A stretch of 64,000 nucleotides of DNA from Alphaproteobacteria bacterium (lineage in GTDB: Bacteria > Pseudomonadota > Alphaproteobacteria > SHVV01): positions 4,704,001-4,768,000 of the forward strand of contig OZ253470.1 in NCBI GenBank assembly GCA_965261735.1, written 5' to 3'. Positions 19,815 to 31,365 of this stretch are shown here, piece by piece. Positions within the stretch are counted from its first letter, which is position 1. Each line of letters starts with the position of its first letter. The notes beneath the pieces are model-generated. The model had not been told where the DNA came from and made no database searches. It saw only the letters and a list, made by a program, of their open reading frames with translations. A program made the translations under genes and the position numbers.

Positions 19815-20939
19815 ATGACGAAGCGGATGGTCATCTCCGCCGACTCTCACGTCGTCGAGCCGGACGACCTTTTCACCAAAGCGCTCGGCGCCACGTACGG
19901 CGACAAGTTGCCGCAGATTGTCCCCAGCCATGCCGGCACCGACGGCCCCTTCCTGTACACCGGACTGGAGTACGTACACCTGTCCGGGACCATGGATGTC
20001 GGCGACGACACCGCGGACAAGCTCGAGGAGGCCAACAGGGACCCCTCGATCCGGCTCTCCTGCCTCGACCAGGACGGAATCTATGCCGAGGTGCTGGTCG
20101 CCACGACCATGATGCTGGCGCTGCGCGCCCGTAACGACGACATGGTTCGGGACTGCTGTGCGGTGTTCAACGACTGGCTGATCGACTATTGCTCGCAGGC
20201 GCCCAAGCGCCTCTACGGGATCGGCATGATCCACATGGCCGATGTCGGGTGGGCGACCAAAGAGCTCGCGCGCGCCGCCGGCCGCGGCATGCGCGGCGTG
20301 ATGATCAACACCGACACGCGGCCCGAGTGGGCGCCGTATCAGGACAAGTCCTACGATCCCTTCTGGGCCCAGGCCGAGGAGGCCGGGCTTCCGGTCATGA
20401 TCCACATCGTCGGCGGCAACAAGCGCGACCCCTTCACCCTGCACGGCGCCGAGCGCAAGGATGTGGCGCGCCTTCTCATCGACCTCTTTACCGACGGCCC
20501 CATCACCCTCGCCAACGAGTTCATTTTCGGCGGCATCATGGACCGCTTCCCCAATCTCAAGATCGTTCTCGGCGAGTACGAGATCTCGTGGCTGCCCTAC
20601 TGGCTGTTCCGGGCCGAGCAGGTCCAGGACATCTTCATTCCGATGATCGGCGGCGAGGCGCGGCAGAAGACGGTGCGCGAGTACATGAGCCGTGTCCATC
20701 AGGGAGTCATCGACGAGCCCTACCTCGACAAGGTGATCGACCTCCTCAACATCGACACCCTGATGTGGGGATCCGATTTCCCGCACCCGCGCTGCACTTA
20801 CCCCAACTCCCTCAAGGTCATCGATAACAATTTCGGTCATCTCGGCAAGGACGTGGTGCAAAAGATCGCCCAGGACAACGCTGCCCGTTTCTACAATATC
20901 GAGGTGCCCGCCGAATATGTGGCCGTCGCCGCCGAATGA
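19815..20939 (+). CDS. Amidohydrolase_2 family metal-dependent hydrolase/decarboxylase
   Basis: ISADSHVVEP, FNDWLIDYC, YDPFWA, PVMIH and MWGSDFPH motifs. GGGAG RBS before ATG 19815. Confidence 0.9.
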   Translation: MTKRMVISADSHVVEPDDLFTKALGATYGDKLPQIVPSHAGTDGPFLYTGLEYVHLSGTMDVGDDTADKLEEANRDPSIRLSCLDQDGIYAEVLVATTMMLALRARNDDMVRDCCAVFNDWLIDYCSQAPKRLYGIGMIHMADVGWATKELARAAGRGMRGVMINTDTRPEWAPYQDKSYDPFWAQAEEAGLPVMIHIVGGNKRDPFTLHGAERKDVARLLIDLFTDGPITLANEFIFGGIMDRFPNLKIVLGEYEISWLPYWLFRAEQVQDIFIPMIGGEARQKTVREYMSRVHQGVIDEPYLDKVIDLLNIDTLMWGSDFPHPRCTYPNSLKVIDNNFGHLGKDVVQKIAQDNAARFYNIEVPAEYVAVAAE

Positions 20940-20960
20940 CGCCCGGGCACAGGCAGATAT

Positions 20961-22535
20961 ATGGCGGTGAGTGACGTGGTCGGGGACGCCGCCGAGGCGG
21001 GCCCGGGCGCGGCGGTTCTCGAAGCTGAGAACGTCGTCAAAGCCTTTGGGGCGACCCCGGCGCTGGCTGGAGCGTCGCTGTCGGTGCGCGCCGGCGAAAT
21101 CCACGTCTTGCTCGGCGAGAACGGGTCAGGCAAGTCCACGCTGGCCAAGATCGTGGCCGGAATCCACCAGATGGATGCCGGCCGCATCCTGATCAACGGG
21201 CAGCCGATCACCATCCACGATGCGCACCAGTCTCGTGAGCTCGGCGTCGCCATCGTGTTTCAAGAGCTCTCGCTCGCACCGGATCTGTCGGTCGCCGACA
21301 ATCTGTTCCTGGGCCGCGAGAATGCGGCCCACCCGTTCGCCTTCGTGCGCAGGTCCGAGGAGGCGCGGGCGTGCCGGGAGGTTCTGCGCCGCCTCGACAT
21401 CGATATCGCTCTCGATCGCAAGGTCAATACGCTGTCAATGGCGCGCAAGCAGATGCTCGAGGTCGCGAAGGCCCTGCTCCAGCAGCCCGTGATCATGATC
21501 CTCGACGAGCCTTCGTCGATGCTCACGGAGAAGGAGAAGGCGCACCTGTTCGAGGTGATCGAGCGCCTCAGGGAGGACGGCGTCGCCATCCTTTACGTGA
21601 CCCACCACCTACCGGAAGTGGCCGAGATCGGCGACCGGGTCAGCGTCATGCGCGATGGCGAGGTGGTCGTCACCTTGAACGTTACCGAAGACCTGACCGA
21701 GGCGCACCTTCTCGAACTCCTCACCGGGCGCAGCATCTCGGCGATGGTTGAGCGCGTTACGCCCGACGCCGCGACACCGATCGTCGATATCGAGAACGTC
21801 GTTATGGACGGCCGGCGCGAAGGCGTCAGCCTGCGCGTGCATCCGGGTGAGATCGTGGGTCTCTACGGCATCGTCGGGTGCGGTCGCGAGGAACTGGGGC
21901 GTGCGCTGATCGGGCTGACGCGCCCCAAGAGCGGGTCGATACGCTTGCGCGGCCGCCCCTACCACCCGCGCAGCCCGGCGCACGCGTTGTCGCTCGGCGT
22001 CGGCTATCTACCCACGGACCGCAAGGAGACCGGCATCCTGCCGGAGCGCACGATCCGGGAGAACCTCAACCTGTCGAACCTGCACGCGTTCGCGAGCGTC
22101 GGTTTCCTGTCGCGGCAGAGCGAGCGCGATCCGGCGCTGCGCCAGCTCGCCGAGCTCGGCGTCAAGTACGAATCGTCCGAGCACCCGATCATCAGCCTGA
22201 GCGGAGGCAACCAGCAGAAGGTGCTGTTCGGCCGCGCGGTGGGGCGGGGACCGGGCCTGCTGGTGCTGGAGGACCCGACCGCCGGTATCGACATGGGTGC
22301 CAAGCTCGACCTCTACCAGCAGATGAAGGCGTGGGCGGCAGACGGCATCGCGTTCCTGTGGCTGTCGAGCGATCTCGTCGAGACGCTGACGCTTTGCCAT
22401 CGCGTCTACGCCATGTATGACGGCCATATCGTCGGCGAGTTCGTCGAACCCACGCTCGACGACGAGGAGGCGATGCTGGCCGGCGTGCTCGGCCGCGGGG
22501 CGGCCCCTCAGGCGACGGCCGGATCGATGGAATGA
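20961..22535 (+). CDS. CUT2 (RbsA/MglA-type) tandem ABC ATP-binding protein
   Basis: GENGSGKST, ILDEPS, LSGGNQQK and LEDPTAGID motifs in a two-domain architecture. Confidence 0.95.
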   Translation: MAVSDVVGDAAEAGPGAAVLEAENVVKAFGATPALAGASLSVRAGEIHVLLGENGSGKSTLAKIVAGIHQMDAGRILINGQPITIHDAHQSRELGVAIVFQELSLAPDLSVADNLFLGRENAAHPFAFVRRSEEARACREVLRRLDIDIALDRKVNTLSMARKQMLEVAKALLQQPVIMILDEPSSMLTEKEKAHLFEVIERLREDGVAILYVTHHLPEVAEIGDRVSVMRDGEVVVTLNVTEDLTEAHLLELLTGRSISAMVERVTPDAATPIVDIENVVMDGRREGVSLRVHPGEIVGLYGIVGCGREELGRALIGLTRPKSGSIRLRGRPYHPRSPAHALSLGVGYLPTDRKETGILPERTIRENLNLSNLHAFASVGFLSRQSERDPALRQLAELGVKYESSEHPIISLSGGNQQKVLFGRAVGRGPGLLVLEDPTAGIDMGAKLDLYQQMKAWAADGIAFLWLSSDLVETLTLCHRVYAMYDGHIVGEFVEPTLDDEEAMLAGVLGRGAAPQATAGSME

Positions 22536-22575
22536 CGACCATGCACAGATTGCTGCCGGGCGAGGCGAACCGGTC

Positions 22576-23562
22576 ATGACAACACCGCCGCTGGAGTCGC
22601 CAGGCATCCTGTCGCTGGCGTGGCGCCGCCTCAAGGTCAGCCAGATCGGGCTGCCCGCCTTCATCATCGCCATGGCGTTGGTCACGGGGCTCATCGAGCC
22701 CCGCTTCCTGTCCGGCGAGAATCTGCTCAACATTAGCCGCCAGCTCGCGCCGTTGATGATCCTCGTGGCGGGCCAGGTGTTCGCCGTCATCAGCGGCGGG
22801 CTCGACCTGTCGGTGGCGGCGACGCTCGCGCTCGCCGGTGTGATCGGCATCCTCGTCATGAACGCCACCGGCAGCATCGTCATCGGGCTCGCGACGATGG
22901 TCGGTGTCGGTCTCGGGGTCGGTCTCCTCAACGGCCTGATCATCGTCAGCTTCGGCGTATCACCCCTGATCGTGACGCTCGGCATGTGGTCCATCGCCAA
23001 GGGACTCGCGCTCATCCTGACTGGCGGCTCCCCGATCTACGACGTGCCCGGCGAACTCGTCGATGTCATCGGCTACGGCACCGTCGCCGGCATCCCGGCG
23101 CCGGCCGTGGTCGCCATAGCGATGCTGGCGCTAGGCGCGGTGATCCTGCGCTACACCGTGTTCGGGCGCTACGTCTACGCCATCGGCTCTAACCCCGTGG
23201 CGGCGTTCAACTCCGGCATCAACGTAAAGCTCCACACGACGCTCGTGTACGTCGTGTGCGGCGGCATGGCCGGGGTTGCGGCGGTGGTGTTCACGTCCTG
23301 GGTCAGCGCGGCGCAACCGACGGCGGCCGCCGGCTACGAGTTGCAGTCGCTGGCCGCGGTGGTGGTCGGCGGGGTCGCGCTCACCGGCGGTTCCGGGAGT
23401 ATGCTGCAGGCGTTCTACGGTGCACTGATCCTCGGCATGCTATCCAACGTGCTCAACATGGCCGGGGTCTCGTCGTTCTACCAGGTCCTGGCCGTAGGCT
23501 TGGTCATCGTGATCGCCGTGATCTTCGACCAGATGCGCCGCAGTCGCATCCCCGGGACATGA
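22576..23562 (+). CDS. CUT2 (RbsC-type) ABC permease
   Basis: ISGGLDLSV, PLIVTLGM, T.FGRYVYAIGSN and YELQSLAAVVVGG motifs. Confidence 0.93.
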   Translation: MTTPPLESPGILSLAWRRLKVSQIGLPAFIIAMALVTGLIEPRFLSGENLLNISRQLAPLMILVAGQVFAVISGGLDLSVAATLALAGVIGILVMNATGSIVIGLATMVGVGLGVGLLNGLIIVSFGVSPLIVTLGMWSIAKGLALILTGGSPIYDVPGELVDVIGYGTVAGIPAPAVVAIAMLALGAVILRYTVFGRYVYAIGSNPVAAFNSGINVKLHTTLVYVVCGGMAGVAAVVFTSWVSAAQPTAAAGYELQSLAAVVVGGVALTGGSGSMLQAFYGALILGMLSNVLNMAGVSSFYQVLAVGLVIVIAVIFDQMRRSRIPGT

Positions 23563-23658
23563 ACACGGACCTGGCGGCAGCCGGCCTTGCCGAGCGTCGC
23601 CCGAGCAACCATTTCCTCACCGTGCCGGTGACATGATGCCCAAGCGTGGAAGAGAGCG

Positions 23659-24636
23659 ATGGCGATAGAGACGCTCCGTGTGCGTGTTGCACGCATCATC
23701 CGTCGGGCCGACGACATCAACACCTATGAGCTCGTCGATCCCGACGGCAGGCCGCTGCCCCCTTTCAGCGCCGGCGCCCACGTCGACGTGCATGTGGATG
23801 GCGAGGTCACGACCGGTCGCATCAGGCAGTTCTCGCTCTGCAACGAACCGCACGAGACACACCGCTACCTAATCGCCGTGCTGCGCGAAAGCCACGGGCG
23901 CGGCGGCTCGGTCACCTTCCACGACAACGTGCGCGAGGGCGACATCATCGCGATCAGTCCGCCGCGCAACAACTTTCCGCTCGACGAGAGTGCGGCCCGG
24001 CATCTGCTGATCGCTGGCGGCATCGGCATCACGCCGATTCTCGCGATGATCGGGCGCCTCGCAGAAATCGGCGCCGATTACAGGCTCTACTACTGCACGC
24101 GCACGCCCGAACAGACAGCGTTTCACGATATCCTATCGCGGCCCGAATACGCCGGCCGTGTCGAGTTCATTTTCGACAACGGCGATCCCTCGCAGGGGCT
24201 CGACGTCAAGAGCCTGTTGGCCGCACGAGAGTCCGGCACCCACCTCTATTGCTGCGGGCCCGGCGGCCTGATGTCGGCGGTCAAGGACGCGGCGGCCCCC
24301 GCCTATCCGCCCGACGCGATCCACTTCGAGTACTTCTCGGCCGATCCGGCCGCGCTCACCGGCGAGGTCGGGGCCTTTCAGGTCAAGATCCAGAGCACCG
24401 AAGAGGTCATCGACATCCCCACCGACCGCACGATCCTCGAGGTGCTGCGCGAGCGCGGCTGGGACCTCGATTCGAGCTGTGAGGACGGGGTGTGCGGGAC
24501 CTGCGCAACGGCGGTGATCGAGGGCCTCCCCGAGCACCGCGACTTCTTCCTCACCGAGAAGTCGAAGAAAGAGAACAAGTGGATACTCATTTGCTGCTCG
24601 CGCTCCAAAACCCCGATCCTCACGCTCGGGCTTTAG
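23659..24636 (+). CDS. PDR/VanB family FMN-[2Fe-2S] oxidoreductase (oxygenase reductase)
   Basis: PPFSAGAHVDV, RQFSL, GRGGS, AGGIGITP and YCCGP motifs. C-terminal CEDGVCGTC...C ferredoxin domain. Confidence 0.95.
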   Translation: MAIETLRVRVARIIRRADDINTYELVDPDGRPLPPFSAGAHVDVHVDGEVTTGRIRQFSLCNEPHETHRYLIAVLRESHGRGGSVTFHDNVREGDIIAISPPRNNFPLDESAARHLLIAGGIGITPILAMIGRLAEIGADYRLYYCTRTPEQTAFHDILSRPEYAGRVEFIFDNGDPSQGLDVKSLLAARESGTHLYCCGPGGLMSAVKDAAAPAYPPDAIHFEYFSADPAALTGEVGAFQVKIQSTEEVIDIPTDRTILEVLRERGWDLDSSCEDGVCGTCATAVIEGLPEHRDFFLTEKSKKENKWILICCSRSKTPILTLGL

Positions 24637-24685
24637 CGGCCCCGTAGCCTCAAGGGCGCTAGCCGCCGCACCGACGAGCGCGCCG

Positions 24686-25114
24686 TCAGGGGACCTGCGC
24701 GATGACGTCGATCTCGAGCAGCATGTCCTTGTGCGCGAGCGAGGGAATCTCGATCAGCGTGCGCGGCGGCATCATCTCGCGGCCGAACAGCTCCCAGGTA
24801 ATCTCGTTGAGCACGTCTTGGTCGCGAAACACATCGACCAGATAGTGCGTCATCTTGATGATGTTGCCGAGGTCGGCGTTGCCTGCCTTGAGGATGAGCT
24901 CGATGTTCTTGAAGGTCTTGGTGCACTGGTCGCGGAAGTCGCCCTCATACCACTTGGCCTCCTCGACGGGGTCGTGGGGGTGCTTGTGATAGATCGACAC
25001 CGGGCCCATGCCCGAGAGCCAGATGGTGCGGCCGCCCTCGACCGAGAAAGCGGGAACGAACGGCATGTTGTGCTCGGGTAGCGGGGTGCCGGGGTGAACG
25101 GGCGTGATTTTCAT
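24686..25114 (-). CDS. RidA/YjgF/RutC family protein
   Basis: IWLSG, TFKNIELILKAG, PPRTLIEI (conserved Arg) and LLEIDVIA motifs. GGGAGG RBS before ATG 25114. Confidence 0.88.
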   Translation of the reverse strand: MKITPVHPGTPLPEHNMPFVPAFSVEGGRTIWLSGMGPVSIYHKHPHDPVEEAKWYEGDFRDQCTKTFKNIELILKAGNADLGNIIKMTHYLVDVFRDQDVLNEITWELFGREMMPPRTLIEIPSLAHKDMLLEIDVIAQVP

Positions 25115-25254
25115 GGATGCCTCCCTTTGCTGGCTTGGCAACGACCCTGAAATTCGGCCGCGGAGATCGAATCGCGGCGCCGGTTATGTAACCCGGCACC
25201 CGGTAGGCCCGCCAGCATTTTGTGAAAGTGTCCGCCGCGCGCCGGCCGCCTCCC

Positions 25255-25659
25255 TCACCCCTTGGCTTGGGCGATCTTGGCCGCAATCCGGGCGCCCGTT
25301 TTCGCCTTGTCGACCACGAAACGGGAATGGCGCCCGCGCGCCACTTCCTCGACCGCGTCGCGCACCGCGAAGGAAAGCGCGACGCGCCGCCCCTCGACCG
25401 CGCTCACGGTCACGCTGACCTCGGCCCACAGGCCGAGCGGCGTCGCCGCCACATGGGCCAACTCGACCTCGGTGCCGACCGAGTCCTCGCCCGGATCGAG
25501 GTGCTCGAGCAGCAGGTCCCGCGCGGTGAGCTCGACATCGCGCAGTAGCGCGGGCGTTGCGTAGACCCGCAGGTCCTCGCCCATGAAGTCTATCGTGCGC
25601 GCGCGGTCGACCTCGATTCGCCGCGTCGCCGTCACTCCTGGTTTGAGCGTTGCGTTCAC
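25255..25659 (-). CDS. Hotdog-fold thioesterase, FlK (fluoroacetyl-CoA thioesterase)-like
   Basis: VYATPALLRDVE, SVGTEVELAHVAATP and G.HSRFVV motifs (Thr/Glu/His triad). GTG start at 25659. Confidence 0.85.
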   Translation of the reverse strand: MNATLKPGVTATRRIEVDRARTIDFMGEDLRVYATPALLRDVELTARDLLLEHLDPGEDSVGTEVELAHVAATPLGLWAEVSVTVSAVEGRRVALSFAVRDAVEEVARGRHSRFVVDKAKTGARIAAKIAQAKG

Positions 25660-25725
25660 GCCCTTCCCTTCCCCTTGTCCGCCCGTCCCCAGGCTTCCAT
25701 AGAGGCGGCGCCAGATCAATGGCCG

Positions 25726-26334
25726 CTAGACGATCAGCGAGAACAGGTCGAAGGATTGGATGGTCGGGGCGGTGATGAGCCGGATGCGCGCCAACGCGCT
25801 CTTGTAGGCCTCGATCTGCGCCAACAGGGCCGGAGAGGCGACGTCAGGGTCGGGGGTCTCGGGGGCCGGCCCCTCGGTAATGAAGGTGTAGGCCTTTTGC
25901 AGCTGCAGCAGCGCGTTGTCGATGATCACCTTGGCGTCCGCGGCGTTTGTTCGGCTGAGCAGGTCGAGGCCGGCGACCAGGCCGAGCTCGAAGACCGAAA
26001 GGGCGGCCGCCTCCTCGTCCGTTTCGTCCGTGAGCTCGCCGAAGAGGCGCGCCGACTTGAGGCCCATCCCTACGAGCGCGTCGAAGCCCTCGCTGCCGGC
26101 GCGAATCTCGACCTCGGCGCCGTTGAGCGCGGTGATCTCGAGGTGCCTCGTGCCGAGCTCGTCGACGATCTGGGCGCGCCCGTCCGTGCCGAGCGCCTGG
26201 TTGATGCGGAAGGCGAGGAAGCCGAACGTGTCGTCCTCGTCGACCGTGACCTTCTTGGCTGGGTTGCCATTGACCGACACGTAGAAGAACTGTCCCGGGC
26301 GCACCGTCGTCGCGGCCGTCACCGTGGTTGCATC
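25726..26334 (-). pseudogene. C-terminal fragment of a FlaEY-like flagellar-locus protein, 5'-truncated by the IS
   Basis: The open frame begins at the IS boundary. T.VRPGQFFYVSVNG..KKVTV..DDT, GLDL, and C-terminal PALLAQIEAYKSALARI resemble the C-terminus of Caulobacter FlaEY-type proteins (from memory). Confidence 0.55.
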
Positions 26335-27439
26335 CTTGCCTATCCGGTTAACACCCATGACCGCTACATGTAGGGTGCCGCCACTCTCCCGAGTAAAGCT
26401 CGGCATAGGTTGGAGCAGAGGTGTCGCCCGCGATGCCGAGCAATGAGCGGAAGGCGTTGAACGGGTAGAACCGCCTGTTGAAGCGGAAGGTGAACTCGTT
26501 GAGGTAGGCTTGTAGGTGCTGGTGGCTAACGCCGTGGTGGATACCGATCAGCCACGTCTTCAGGTTGGCGAAAACCAGATGGATGATCGGCAGGTATTGC
26601 TCGGCAACCTCTGGATCACCACACTCGGCAACAGCGAAGTGCTCATAGCCGCGCTTACCGAGGCCAGCATAGCCGCTCCAATCGTCAGTAACGATCAGCG
26701 ATCGCGGCGCGACGGTGCTCTCGACGAACCCACAGAGCGACTCGGCGCTACGGTCGAGCACGACGGCGAGCCGAACGCGTCCGGCATAGCGTCCGTCTTT
26801 CCGGTTGTCGAGCTTGGTGCCCGGCTTTCGATGACGCACCTCGATGGCACAGGAGACGGGAACCTTGTGGTGAACACCACGGCCTTCCCCACGCGTTCGC
26901 CCGCCAACCCAGGTTTCGTCCACCTCAACATGGTTCTTGGGCTGTCCACCGATCCTGTCTTGGTTGGGCCGCACCATGCCCGAGCGGAGCTTGTGGAGAA
27001 TTTGAAAGGCCGTCTCGTAGCGCGAAAGACCAAGTTGCCGCTGAAACTGCACGGCGGACATGCCGGGCGTCTGACTGGCGACCAGATAAGCGGCCCAGAA
27101 CCAGACGTTCAGCGGAGTGTGGCTACGCTCCATCACTGTTCCCACCGTCAGCCCGGTGTTCTGGCGGCACTTGCGGCAGCGCAGGACGCCAGGGCGGTTT
27201 TCAAAGTGGAACGGCTCTCCCGCCGTGCCGCAGTGCGGGCAGGCAAAGCCGTCTCCCCAGCGGGCTTTCTCCAGGTAGGCGGCGCAGGCCGCATCATCGG
27301 GGAAAAGTCGCTGGAACTCGGGTAGCGAATGCGGGAATGGGAGATCGGCGCGGTCGAGAACATCCATGGCGCGCTCCCCTATATCCGGTTTGCGCCTATT
27401 CTAGCCCTAGTGGGTGTGGGTGTAAACCGGATAGGCAAG
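26335..27439 (-). mobile_element. IS1595-family insertion sequence, ISSod11 group
   Basis: Terminal IRs CTTGCCTATCCGGTT(A/T)ACACCCA with one mismatch, matching the nnnGcnTATC end consensus. No flanking 8-bp direct repeat (GTTGCATC vs GATCGTAC). Confidence 0.9.
26348..27367 (-). CDS. IS1595-family transposase
   Basis: Zn ribbon CPHC...CRKC, VEVDET, IVTD, H-x6-K (IIHLVFANLK) and YLNEFTFRFNRR. The stop codon lies inside the IR. Confidence 0.95.
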   Translation of the reverse strand: MDVLDRADLPFPHSLPEFQRLFPDDAACAAYLEKARWGDGFACPHCGTAGEPFHFENRPGVLRCRKCRQNTGLTVGTVMERSHTPLNVWFWAAYLVASQTPGMSAVQFQRQLGLSRYETAFQILHKLRSGMVRPNQDRIGGQPKNHVEVDETWVGGRTRGEGRGVHHKVPVSCAIEVRHRKPGTKLDNRKDGRYAGRVRLAVVLDRSAESLCGFVESTVAPRSLIVTDDWSGYAGLGKRGYEHFAVAECGDPEVAEQYLPIIHLVFANLKTWLIGIHHGVSHQHLQAYLNEFTFRFNRRFYPFNAFRSLLGIAGDTSAPTYAELYSGEWRHPTCSGHGC

Positions 27440-27533
27440 GATCGTACGTAGGTCACATGGGACGCAATATTTGGGTTGTCTGGATTCTGTATCACCGGCT
27501 AACATGTTGGTGTGGCGGAGTTAGGGAGTTCGC

Positions 27534-28799
27534 ATGACCAAGTCCGCGGGCGGTGACTCAAAGAACACCCTCTACTGCTCGTTCTGCGGCAAAAGCCAGC
27601 ACGAAGTTCGTAAACTCATCGCCGGACCCACGGTGTTCATATGCGATGAGTGCGTTGAGCTGTGCATGGACATCATCCGCGAGGAGCACAAGAGCGCTCT
27701 CGTCAAGACGCGCGACGGCGCCCCGACGCCGGCCGATATCTGCCGCGTCCTCGATGATTACGTGATCGGTCAGGATCACGCGAAGCGAGTCCTCTCCGTC
27801 GCCGTCCACAACCATTTCAAGCGCCTCAATCACGCCGCCAAGAACAACGACGTCGAGCTCGCCAAGTCGAACATCGTCCTGATCGGACCGACGGGGTGCG
27901 GCAAGACGCTGCTGGCGCAGACTCTCGCGCGCATCCTCGATGTGCCGTTCACCATGGCCGATGCGACGACTCTGACCGAAGCCGGCTACGTCGGCGAGGA
28001 CGTCGAAAACATCATCCTCAAGCTGCTCCAGGCCGCCGACTATAATGTCGAGCGCGCGCAGCGCGGAATCGTCTATATCGACGAGGTCGACAAGATCAGC
28101 CGCAAGTCCGACAACCCTTCGATCACCCGTGACGTCTCGGGCGAGGGCGTCCAGCAGGCTCTCCTCAAGATCATGGAGGGGACCATCGCCTCGGTGCCGC
28201 CCCAGGGCGGGCGCAAGCATCCGCAGCAGGAGTTCCTCCAGGTCGACACCACCAACATCCTGTTCATCTGCGGCGGCGCGTTCTCGGGGCTCGAGAAGAT
28301 CATTGCCGCGCGCGGGCGCGGCACCTCGATCGGCTTCGGTGCCGACGTGCGCGCCCCCGACGAGCGCCAGACCGGCGAGATCCTCAAGGACGTCGAGCCC
28401 GAGGACCTACTGCGCTTTGGGCTGATTCCGGAATTCGTCGGCCGCCTGCCGGTCATCGCCACGCTCACCGACCTCGACGAGGTCGCGCTCGTCGACATCC
28501 TCACCAAGCCCAAGAACGCGCTCGTCAAGCAGTACGAGCGGCTGTTCGACATGGAGGACGTGCGCCTCACCTTCTCCGAGGACGCCATGCGCGCCATCGC
28601 GCGGCGCGCCATCGCGCGCAAGACCGGCGCTCGGGGTTTACGCTCCATCCTCGAGTCCATCCTCCTCGAGCCGATGTTCTATCTGCCCTCGTTCGAGAGC
28701 GTCGAGGAGGTCGTGATCAACAGCGAAGTCGTCGAGGGACGCGCCTCGCCCCTGAAGATCCACAGCGACCGCCGTGGCGATCTTGGCTCGAGCGCTTGA
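27534..28799 (+). CDS. clpX: ATP-dependent Clp protease ATP-binding subunit
   Basis: CSFCGK zinc finger, [17 protein letters not shown] loop and IGF motif. Confidence 0.99.
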   Translation: MTKSAGGDSKNTLYCSFCGKSQHEVRKLIAGPTVFICDECVELCMDIIREEHKSALVKTRDGAPTPADICRVLDDYVIGQDHAKRVLSVAVHNHFKRLNHAAKNNDVELAKSNIVLIGPTGCGKTLLAQTLARILDVPFTMADATTLTEAGYVGEDVENIILKLLQAADYNVERAQRGIVYIDEVDKISRKSDNPSITRDVSGEGVQQALLKIMEGTIASVPPQGGRKHPQQEFLQVDTTNILFICGGAFSGLEKIIAARGRGTSIGFGADVRAPDERQTGEILKDVEPEDLLRFGLIPEFVGRLPVIATLTDLDEVALVDILTKPKNALVKQYERLFDMEDVRLTFSEDAMRAIARRAIARKTGARGLRSILESILLEPMFYLPSFESVEEVVINSEVVEGRASPLKIHSDRRGDLGSSA

Positions 28800-28818
28800 C
28801 GAAGCAGCGGGGCGGCGC

Positions 28819-28847
28819 CTTGACCCGTGCCGCCGAAAGCGCCATGT
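28819..28847 (+). promoter_or_regulatory. Candidate RpoH (sigma32) promoter of lon
   Basis: CTTGAC-N15-CGCCATGT, close to the CTTGAA-N-CCCCAT consensus. lon is a typical heat-shock gene. Confidence 0.5.
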
Positions 28848-28871
28848 GTGACCGTGACCGCGGACTAGCCC

Positions 28872-28921
28872 GCCGGAACCCCTCGTTCCGCCCTTCATGC
28901 CGGAACCGCTCGTTCCGCCCT
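28872..28921 (+). repeat. Tandem 23-bp direct repeat (22/23 identical), each unit a hairpin
   Basis: GCCGGAACC(C/G)CTCGTTCCGCCCT at 28872-28894 and 28899-28921. Each unit contains CGGAAC-N5-GTTCCG. Confidence 0.85.
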
Positions 28922-28937
28922 ACATATTGAAGAGAGA

Positions 28938-31349
<2,412 letters not shown>

Positions 31350-31365
31350 CGAGTTGTCCCGCTAG

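Noticed and set aside
28872-28921. EcfG-type promoter (GGAAC...CGTT) or a mini CRISPR in the lon leader
   Set aside because: The GGAAC-CGTT spacing is wrong. There are only two units with a 4-nt spacer and no cas genes.
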